Positions 53,925-64,000 of a stretch of DNA of 64,000 nucleotides are shown here, one piece after another (the first letter of the stretch is position 1; every line of letters begins with the position of its first letter). The position numbers and the translations under genes were made by a program. Origin of the DNA: Octopus vulgaris (Eukaryota); the NCBI GenBank assembly GCA_951406725.2, contig OX597817.1:130820001-130884000 (forward strand). The letters run 5' to 3'. Under the pieces are notes generated by a model that saw only the letters and a list, made by a program, of their open reading frames with translations, was not told the origin of the DNA and did no database searches.

Positions 53925-56900
53925 AGGCACAAGGTCCAAACAAAGAGGGGACAATACAAGATGGATATGGGGTCAGGATAACGAGTGGATTTACAGAAAG
54001 AAACATCTTAAAATTTATGGAAATTATATAGCGAATGAGGGGACAAACAGAGGCACAGTACAATGGAGTGGGGGAGCAGTCAAGATCCCGCAAGACACGC
54101 TCCTCCACTGAGCCGGCTTTTATTAACCTTTTATGGATACACTTATGTAGGACCTTTCATACCCAACAGCATGCCACTTGCTTCCATCTTTTATCAAACG
54201 TGTCTGATGACAGGTATCTCCTTTCTAGCCTTATCTTCCTTTGTAGAAAGAAGACAAACCAGTTTACCAAACCTTGGCTGGAAATGAAGATACCTGTCAT
54301 CATTCCGTTCATACTTATCCTCCATATTGCATCTTTTGCTACAGTGACCACAATGAGAAAACAAAACTTACCTTCTCTGTCTCGTCCACATCTTGGGCAG
54401 TTGGGCAAGCATGAGGCACCATAACTTGCGAATTTATCGTGAATAGGTAAGGCTCCCCAGTAACATTGCCAGGCAATGGACCTCTGGAAGATATCCAGGA
54501 GTCCCGGCCCAAATGTCCTTTGGAACAGGCTAGCTAGTTGATCTTCATCAAAGTCCAGAGTTTCCCCCAATGCATCGTCACACTTGGCCTCTACTAACCC
54601 TCTATAAAATGACAAGGTGGAACCCATGTTACCAGAATTGCCTCTGCGGCAGAAGAGCACGAGAGCCTTGCAACACTTGGCCTATCAAACACCCAACTTT
54701 GGTCAACATCTGATCCATGGTTCTAGTTCATTAAAACTAGTGAACCTAAGAAGCAACAGTTTAACGAACAGAGACCACACCTGTTGAACATCCAAGTAAA
54801 GCCAGAGATGCCCTAGTCTCAGTGCGTGCCAGCGCATCATTAGCCATGACGTCCCTAGCCCACCCTTTAGCAGTTGTTGGCAACAGATAGAGTGCATTAC
54901 AAGATGTCCTTTGCTCTTCCACAAAAGGTGGAAGAGCAGTCGTTCCATCTTGATTAGCCACGAATCGGGACAAGGCACGACGGTCAGGCAGTAGGTGATC
55001 ACAGATGCAATGAACACATTTGGGGCCTCCGCCAGGTCTGAGTTAGATGGGCCACCCTGCTCATGACCTCGCTCCAATTCTTTTCTAACTGTAGGTCTGG
55101 CCCAAACAAGACCCCGAGCATTTTCACCGGACCATCTGTCCAATGTCCCATGACGCTGTTGGACAACATCGACTTGCCTCTCCATGTGCCGAGCTGCAGG
55201 CCAACTGACCTATCATGGTTAATTATTGTTCCTGTCTCTACCTCGCATTCTTTATCAGCTTCATCTACCATCTGTAGGTATTTTGCTTCAGATACGATGA
55301 TGGTGATGTCATCCGTGTACGCCATTACTAATCTTCCACAGCCTAGATCTCACGGAACACCACCCATACCCTCTAACCGCCATAATAATGGCTCGAGAAC
55401 CAGCACATACAGAAGGGTGAGAGTGGACATTCTTGACGAACAGAGCGCTTGATATAGAATGGTATTGAGAAGAAACCGTTCACCCGAATGATCGAATCAA
55501 TGTTACTGTACAAAGAAATGATTCAACCATGAAAGGTTGGGCCCTGACCGACTGCAGCAAGAACCGTCACCAGATACAGACCGTCGACCCTGTCGAATGC
55601 GTTAGCCTGGTCTAAATGTACAAGCGCCCCACCATTGTCAGGAACCCTATTAACCCACACTAAGGTATAACGTATAAGATGGAGATTGTCGTGTATGGAT
55701 CGGCCCGGGACGGAACAGGTTTGTGCTTCCCCTACCAATCCACCCACGAACCGCACCAATCTTTTCGCTAATACCTTGGCCAGAATCTTCAGCTCTACGT
55801 TAAGCAGAGTGATGGGCTGGAAGTTATCTATAATATCCCATTTGTTTGGGTCTTTTCTTAGTAGTGTCACTACTCCCCGGCTCACAGATCTGGGGATACA
55901 CCCATTCTGTTGCCAGTTATTAAAAACACATGCCAGTAGGTGCCCAAACAAGTCTGGCATACATTTGTAAAATTTGTAGGGAAGACCATCAAGTCTCGGC
56001 AACTTGTCCCCACAACAATCCGATAAGGCACCCTCTACTTCCGCATCTGTGATCGGCCTTTCACAACATTCCGTTTCTGTCTCGCGAGATGCAACAAACC
56101 AGCAAGGAAGTCTGTAGGATCCACCCTGCACTCCGGCCATCTCTCCTCCCAAAAAGCCGGCCAAAATGTTCTTGAAAAACCTTGCAATCTCCTTGGGTTC
56201 GTTCACCACTTGCCCTTGGCTGTTCGTCATAGACCTTATCCTGGCATCGTTGCCATGTTGAACTTCTACCGCACAGGGCCGTCTTGCCGCGCAGATCCCC
56301 TCTCGACCCATTGCACATAGCTTAGCCCTGACAATGTGTCCTTCATATTTTAGCCTCGAGGTTTTTGTTGAGAGCCAATCTCAACACTCGAGATACACTG
56401 CCACTTTCCAGTACCCCTTTTAAAGCCTTGACTTATTCTTTCTAGCTGCTAGTTCTCCATGTAATTGACTCAATATTAATGGCTCTTTTGAGGGCTCTCC
56501 ACCATTTGTTGTTAATAATGGTGCCTTTCAGAGCCCTCTTTACTAACTCACTAATCTGGTTCCTGTACTCCTCTTCGGTCAAAAGAGAACTATTGAGTTT
56601 CAAGTAACGGGAACCTTGTTTACATAACCTATCTTAGACAAGCGTACAAGACACAAGTTTGTGGTCACTGTAGGTGACATAATGAAACTGTGGACAACTA
56701 ACCATGTTCTTATCCTTAGGTCTAACTAAAGTCCTCTCTAGATAAGATCTAGAAGACCCGTTGCTATTCCTCCAGGTCCACGCTGGAGCATTCGGAAATT
56801 CTATTCTGTATCGGTCTGCCAGCAGAAAGCGACTAAACAGATCGGTGAGGTATGGGTTTCCCCTTCTATTTGGATTCAAGCCAACACAATCTATGCGTGC

Positions 56901-58250
56901 ATCACAGATTGTGTTAATATCACCTAATATTACTAAAGTGTGCGACGTACCTAAGAAATTCTCTAGGCTTCTAAAAAATCAGATTTCCAGCTCCACAGGG
57001 GACATAGACACCAACCAACCTGAAAGTCTTACTCTGCTGACTGTCACATCAAGAACGACCAGCCTGCCTTACAGGTCGATAAATATTGTTGTCTCAGAAA
57101 CCAGGATTTCTCATAGCCACTCAGGAGGGAGGGCCGTGACCTACTCAGCCTGGCTTCCATGGCCACTACCACATTCAGTCTATGTAACGGAAGATCATTT
57201 AGGAAGCGACCTTGCTTCCAATCTGATTCCAGGCCACGCGCATTTAAGCAACATATGGTAAGTGTATCCATAAAATGGCTTACCTTATATTAGAGAAAGG
57301 ATTATCCTCCCTTCTATTCTGTATCTTGCATGGATCGTTTTTCCTTTGATTGACTAGGCCATCATACATGGACACAGTAAAGTCCTTTCATAGAGGGCCC
57401 AAGTCACTGGGGAATTGTTTTTTCTTTTGTCCACTTCTTTCCTTTTTACCACAGTGCAGTCGTCAATCATTACCTCGTTCCCGGATAGTTAGGTGTCGAC
57501 TTCCTGTGGCTGCTTTTCTTCCTGTAATTTGGGCTCGACCGTCTTGGTTGTTGCTTCTATTGCTTCTTCGGCCTGGTGGGTAGGACAATTGGCTCGAATG
57601 TGGCCATTTTTGCCAAACTCGAAGCATTGATGTCTCCTACACTCAAACATTATAGGAAGCGTTGTCTTTTCCCCGAGGATAATGTTTTCCACAAACTCCT
57701 CAAGTGTTTGTGGTGCGGCTTCAACAATAATTTCAAGAACTTGTCCCTTCCAATTCTGTTGTTGTATTTTTGATGCTTCTAAAATGGTTATTTTATCTTC
57801 TAAACCCATTGTAAGGGCCGCACATAACCATATAACATCGATTTCAGGTGGAATATCTTCTATGATGATTCTTTTCTACTCTAGGCACAAGGCCTGAAAT
57901 TTTTCGGGAAGGGTCCAGTCGATTAGATCGACTCCGAAAGGATGAACGGTAAAGTCGATCTCGGAATTTGAAACTCAGAACGTAATGACAGATGAAACAC
58001 CTCTAAGCATTTCGCTCGGCGTGCTAACGATTCTGCCAGATCGCCGCCTTCTATGGTGACTCGTGAAGTGCGTCTGCCTGGGTATGTAGACAGCAGTACT
58101 ATATCTGTGGTTTTGAGCAGTTTTACTGAGTGTACCTTTGCCTTTTCTTCACTCTTGAAGTACACAGCAATTTTGTGCAAATCTTCTTCTTGTGATGAAT
58201 TCAATGTCTTACCAAATAGACTGTAGGCACTTTTCTACTTGCCCCTTCGA
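53925..58250 (-). mobile_element. Tx1/L1-clade LINE (ORF1 CCHC, APE, RT, zinc knuckle), decayed
   Basis: CFEFGKNGHIRANC; CLNARGL, WTW..YLE, SDH; GLPYKFY, PITLLNVELKILAK, LDQANAFDRV, AYTDDI, CPRCG. Confidence 0.92.
57872..58048 (-). mobile_element. SINE family A inserted into the Tx1 ORF1 with a decayed target-site duplication
   Basis: Homologous to 495-725; flanked by CTTCTATGATGA / CTTCTATGGTGA. Confidence 0.8.
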
Positions 58251-58323
58251 CGCCTTGTCAAGCTCAATATGAGGATGGTTTACTGTCCAAATTCCATCTA
58301 TATGAAATAGAAAATTACCAGTC

Positions 58324-61300
58324 AAAAGATTGTCAAAAGTAGCATGTAAAAGTTTGGTTGTGTTAATTTTTGGTTGACACAAAATGCTACAATACATATA
58401 TACAGTCTTTGGTAACAAGAACATGTTAAACACATCAAAAGTTTAACAAGTTCATTAAAAGATTGGGCACAAAAGATTACAGCATAAATATACTTTCTCA
58501 AGAAAATGTTAAAGATAGTTTCCAGAAGGAATTATTAAAAAGTTCAGTGGAATATTGGTATTGTATCTGTATATTCATACACGCACAGAATATTGGTTAT
58601 CACAAGATATGACTATACATATATACATTCTTTGGTAACAAGAACATGTTAAGAACATAAAAATTTTAACAAGTTCATTAAAATATTGGGCACAAAAGAT
58701 TACAACATCTATATACATTCTCAAGAAAATGTTAAAGATAGTTTCCAGAAGGAATCATTAAAAAGTTCAGTTGAATATTGGTATACACGCACAGAATATT
58801 ATGAGTTCAAAAAAGTTTACATTATAGTAGTAGGGAAGCTCAAACTGACCTGGTCCACCATGTTATCGTAAAAGACTATTTTCTATTTCAAAGGCCACTG
58901 TAGGTGTGTTTGGATGGGGGAAGTCGACTACCAGCAATCCAAAACAATGACCAAATTTTAGGCACTTATTTACCAACACAGGAATGACTTAACAGCAAAG
59001 GAATGCGACTACATAACAAACTTTAATTGCAAAACCAGCACTCTGTATGGGCTTCCAAAAATACACAAGAGTGAAATTATCACAGAAGCTTGCAAAAAGT
59101 CCACTTCAAACTGCATCACTATACCACATCCCACTGATCTCAAACTGAGACCAATAGTGGCAGGCCCAAATTGTGAAACATACAGACTTAGTAACTTTAT
59201 CGATATCATCCTAAAACCAATACTGAAACACATTCCAAGTATTGTAAGGGATGACCTGGACCTATTAAATCATCTCCCCAAACATACCGATAAAGACACT
59301 TTAATCGTTTCCTTTGATGTAATAAACCTCTACACTACGATCCCACATGAATATGGACTGGAAGCCATTAAATTCTGGCTGGATAAATATGCCAATGAGA
59401 TCCCGGAAAGAATAAAAAAAGAATTCGTCATTGAGGGCCTCAAATTTATTCTGCAAAACAACTTTATGAATTTTAATAATAATACTTATAGACGAATTTC
59501 AGGAACTGCAATGGGTACGAAGGTTGCCCCTACCTATGCAAACCTGGTGAAGGCCTACATGAAATCACATATTTATGAAAAATCCAAATATAAGTACGGC
59601 CAGTCTTTCCACAAATACCTGTTGGAGAACTGGAAACGCTACTTAGATGATTGCCTCATCCTATGATCCCACACACTCGACCAACTTATTGACTTCAAAA
59701 ACCTTATCAATAGTGTAAACAACCACATCCAATTCACAAAGGAATATAGTTAGGACCAACTCCCTTTTCTTGACATTCTAATCATTAAAAAAGGCATCAA
59801 CATTGAAACTGACATCCATTACAAACCCACCGATTCTAAACAATGCCTTCTATTCACGTGCAATCATCCAAAGCACACAAAGACAAATATCCCCTTCAAC
59901 CTAGCGAGAAGAATCTGCACAATTGTCTCAAATGACACAACACGAAATAAAAGACTCCGAGAACTAAGGGCAATTCTTCTCGAAAGACATTACCCTGCAT
60001 CACTGGTATAGAACGGAATAGAACGGGCCAAATCAAATGACACTTAAGACTTACGAAAACCAAAACACATCCACAGTACAGTAAATAGCCTCCCCTATCG
60101 CTCAACACACAACCCAAGAAATGCAGAAGCCTACACTATTATATACTACAACATTCCACAGCTAAATCAAGACCCACGCCTAAAAAATTACTCGCTGCTC
60201 ATAAAATAATAAAAAGTAAGAGACAACCTAATCCCTAAAAAACTACTCACCAACGCAAAATTACACAACACAAACGCATCGCCCACCGTCAAAAAATGTG
60301 GTCGTTCCAACTGCAGGACTTGCATCCGCCTCATTGAGGGATCGACGTACAAGTTCCAGTCGGGACACACCTTTATCATAAAAAATAATTTCACGTGCGC
60401 ATCAAAAATTTACTCAATGTCATAAGGTGTGAAGGGTGCCACGAAGACTACAGAGAGCAAACGAGCCTTACCCTCAGAGAAAGGATGACAGTTCTCCGGT
60501 AACAACTGAGGGACCCCATTACAAGACAGATACCACTTAGTGGACACTAAGACTTCTGTGCACACGATAAGTCCTCCAAATTCTTAGTTTCCCCACTATA
60601 CCAATGCCCGGACAACACCACAGACCAAACACGAATAAATAGGGAAAATAATCTTATTCAAAAGAACAGATCACAACTAAACATACTCTAACATACCCCC
60701 CAGGCACACATCCAAAACAAACACACAAAGACACACACTCGCACCATATAAATACACACACACACACAAACACATACTCAATACCAACACACACAACACA
60801 CACAAAACATATAAACACACGCACACGCCACCCGGACAAACCCAACACACATGGACACACATACGAACAAACACATACACAAACTAGCGCACACGCAACA
60901 CACTAACAAACATTAACCACACACATACACACACACACAAACGGGCACACGTATACACACACCATCCTACTAAAGTTTAAATACACACATCAATTTACAC
61001 CACAATGGACCTTGGGACCAATCAAAAACAGACCCCACACACACAAACACATGTGTACATATATACACACACACTCACACCATTTTGACCTCCATACAGA
61101 CACACATGTACACACACATGAACACACACAGCACCATGACAAATGCCAATCACGCACATACATACACACACACAACACCAAGATAATCACGCACACGGTT
61201 GACAAACGGGCACACATATACACACACCATCCTACCAAATTAAAAAAACCCACACATCTATTTACACCACAATGGACCCTGGGACCAGTCAAAAACAGCC

Positions 61301-62288
61301 CCCCACACAAACACATGTATACATATATATACACACACAAAGACACACACCCTCACAGAATTCTGACCTCTATACAGACACACATATACACACACATGCG
61401 CACACAGCACCATGACAAATGCCAATCACGTACATACATACACACACACAACACCAAGACAATCACACACGCGGTTGACAAACGGGCACACATATACACA
61501 CACCATCCTACCAGATTTTACAAACACACAGACACATCTATTCACAACACATATGTATATACACACACAGGCAAAGACACGCACTCGCATCATTCTGACC
61601 ACTAAAGACCAGACCCCCCCCAAATCATTGATGTGTGAAAGAGAGACAAGAAGAAGAAGCTCTTTTCAGTTTCACATTACTCTTCCTTCCCCCCATCCAA
61701 ACACACCTACAGTGGCCTTTGAAATAGAAAATAGTCTTTTACGATAACATGGTGGACCAGGTCAGTTTGAGCTTCTCTACTACTATAATGTAAACCTTTT
61801 TGAACTCATAATATTCTGTGCGTGTATACCAATATTCAACTGAACTTTTTAATGATTCCTTCTGGAAACTATCTTTAACATTTTCTTGAGAATGTATATA
61901 GATGTTGTAATCTTTTGTGCCCAATATTTTAATGAACTTGTTAAACTTTTTTATGTTCTTAACATGTTCTTGTTACCAAAGAATGTATATATGTATTGTC
62001 ATATTTTGTGACAACCAATATTCTGTGCGTGTATGAATATACAGATACAATACCAATATTCCACTGAACTTTTTAATACTTCCTTCTGGAAACTATCGTT
62101 AACATTTTCTTGAGAATGTATATTTATGTTGTAATCTTTTGTGCCCAATATTTTAATGAACTTGTTAAACTTTTTGATGTGTTTAACATGTTCTTGTTAC
62201 TAAAGACTGTATATATGTATTGTAGCATATTGTGACAACCAAAAATTAACACAACCAAACTTTTACATGTTACTTTTGACAATCTTTT
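58324..62288 (+). mobile_element. Penelope-like (Neptune-type) element, 5'-truncated, bounded by ~600-bp inverted pLTR copies
   Basis: YGLPKIHK, LRPIVAG, SFDVINLYT, GTAMGTKVAPTYANL, RYLDD, LPFLDI, KCGRSNCRTC; 58324-58923 is the reverse complement of 61686-62288. Confidence 0.9.
60690..61600. repeat. CA-rich ~280-bp imperfect tandem repeat in the 3' region of the Penelope-like element
   Basis: Recurring AAACGGGCACAC..ACACACCATCCTAC and CACCACAATGGACC units. Confidence 0.8.
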
Positions 62289-62395
62289 TCTAAAGAGTGA
62301 AATCGGTAAAGTAAATAAACATCTTTTAAAATTGCATTTTCAAACCTTCTTTCGTATATAATTACATTCGTGCGGTACCTCACAACTCCACTTTG

Positions 62396-62446
<51 letters not shown>

Positions 62447-62453
62447 CATACAT

Positions 62454-62694
62454 TGTTACGTTCATATCTATGTGTATACGTAGGTATACATATGTATGAA
62501 TACATCCCCACTATTAGGACCATTTTGTTAAGCGCATCTAGTAAACAGTGTCTAAGGCGCAAACGCACAGTATGTATCACTCCGCTATACAAATACAGTT
62601 TGTAAACATGCCAAGTAAATAAACATGTAGAATCATAATAACGCTTTCAGTGAGTTGTTTATTATCCCAACACGAACCAAAAGAATGCATAGCA
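62454..62694 (+). repeat. 5' LTR of a Gypsy element
   Basis: TGTTAC...TAGCA ends, internal AATAAA, directly followed by a primer-binding site. Confidence 0.7.
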
Positions 62695-62705
62695 TGGTGG
62701 CAGCG
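62695..62705 (+). promoter_or_regulatory. Primer-binding site, tRNA-Leu-like
   Basis: TGGTGGCAGCG, complementary to the ...CGCTGCCACCA 3' end of tRNA-Leu(AAG/TAG). Confidence 0.7.
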
Positions 62706-62814
62706 ATAAATATTTAATCGAAAACCGTGCCTTTACAACAAAACAGGAACACAACAAACATGAAATTTAACAAACTGAATATCACTTCGTCTTCGGAAAC
62801 ACACACGAGGATCT

Positions 62815-64000
62815 GAAATGGCAGCCCTCATCACTGTACAGATGAATCTACGTCCGACCATGAATTGGAACGCCGATGATATCGTGGAAGCGTTCAAGAA
62901 ATTCAAACAGAAAACTCAACTGGCTTTCAAAATCTTCCTTTAAGGTACAACTGCCGATGAAAAGGTAAGCTATATCATTTTATGGAGAGAAGGGCCTAGA
63001 CCTATTCAATAGTTGGGACATATCAGAATCGTATTGCAATTTTCTTTCCATTTGAAAGGCAGCTAGAGCCCAGATCAAACCATAGAATTAATAGGTATGA
63101 ATTCCAGGGCCTGAAACAAGACCCACAAAAAACGATTGACAACTTCCTGTCCAGACTAAAGAATGTTGCCAAGAAATGCAGATTTAAAGGCAAGGACGAA
63201 AGGATTGTTGATCAACTTATATAGGGGTGTGCTCATAAAGAAGTCCAGAAATCCCTCATAGGTAAGGACGCTCTCCAGTTGATAGAAGCAGTAGATAGTG
63301 CAAGAGCATTCGAAGCCACTACAAAACAAATGGCCTTACTTTACAAACAAACACAATAGTCAGCAGTGTAGATATTGTAACTAGACATAGGATTAAACAT
63401 GCCCACAAACAGAGTATACGCCAGTACTGTGCTACAGAGCATGAGTTCAATGACCGGAAGAAATGTCCTGCATTTGGTACAAACTGCAAAGCATGTGGAA
63501 AGCCCAAGCACTGGTAAAATATGTGTAGACTAACAAAATCTCACAAGTACAAGCCCCAATTTTCAAAGAGGAGCGGAAAGAGAATACAAAGAGATATACA
63601 TGCCCAACAACAGGAAGAAAACGTCTCAGAGGAGGAATTCTTGGCAGTCGGAACAATAAATGTACATGAGATGGGATGTAACAACCAGAAAAAAATGAGG
63701 CATACACAACAATACAAATACAAAAGAAGTCAGGCAAGAAACGTATAAACATTGACTTAAAGTTAAAGATTGATACTGGAACCCAGTAGCAGGATTCCAC
63801 AACTGGGCAAAATAACCATTACAGGGACGCACAAAGGAAAAATATTCAAGTGTTCTTTTTATGTCACAAGAATAAAAGGACCTGCAATTCTTCGACTTAA
63901 TACCTGTCAAAAGCTTAATATTGTGTAAATCAACGGTGAAGTGAAAGCAGCTCCGAGCAGGATTGACAGAGATATGCCTATCAAAGACCGACCACCAATC
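62815..64000 (+). mobile_element. Gypsy (Mag-like) gag-protease, decayed, runs off the window
   Basis: MNWNADDIVEAFKKFKQ, FQGLKQ..IDNFLSRL..C.F, DQLI, CPAFGTNCKACGKP.HW, LKxDTG. Confidence 0.85.

Noticed and set aside
61700-61765. Hammerhead in the Neptune-type pLTR
   Set aside because: Only a remote resemblance (TTTGAAA...CGATAAC); the core is not supportable.

Overview
AT-rich, microsatellite-dense eukaryotic genomic DNA, most likely an octopus (inferred from the tRNA-derived SINE families and repeat landscape). One apparently intact host gene can be reconstructed by eye on the + strand. Four coding exons (12928-13086, a 28-nt micro-exon 16037-16064, 33017-33094, 33501-34006) join in frame to give a 256-aa type II membrane protein. 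It has an N-terminal signal-anchor, a KR site, a Pro/Thr stalk and a C-terminal short-chain collagen C4 (NC1-like) domain, with no Gly-X-Y repeats. Nearly everything else is decayed mobile DNA: SINEs, CR1-group, RTE, Tx1/L1 and Dong/R4 LINEs, three Penelope-like elements (one Naiad-type, two Neptune-type), Tc1, mariner, DD37D-like, hAT, Helitron and Gypsy pieces, plus a C2H2 zinc-finger remnant. The most unusual signal is about ten hammerhead-ribozyme-like motifs with palindromic stem III. Several lie inside (TA)n-flanked fold-back palindromes, and several lie within the host gene's introns. Most short ORFs in the track are microsatellite artefacts. All family assignments are by eye from remembered motifs; no searches were run.
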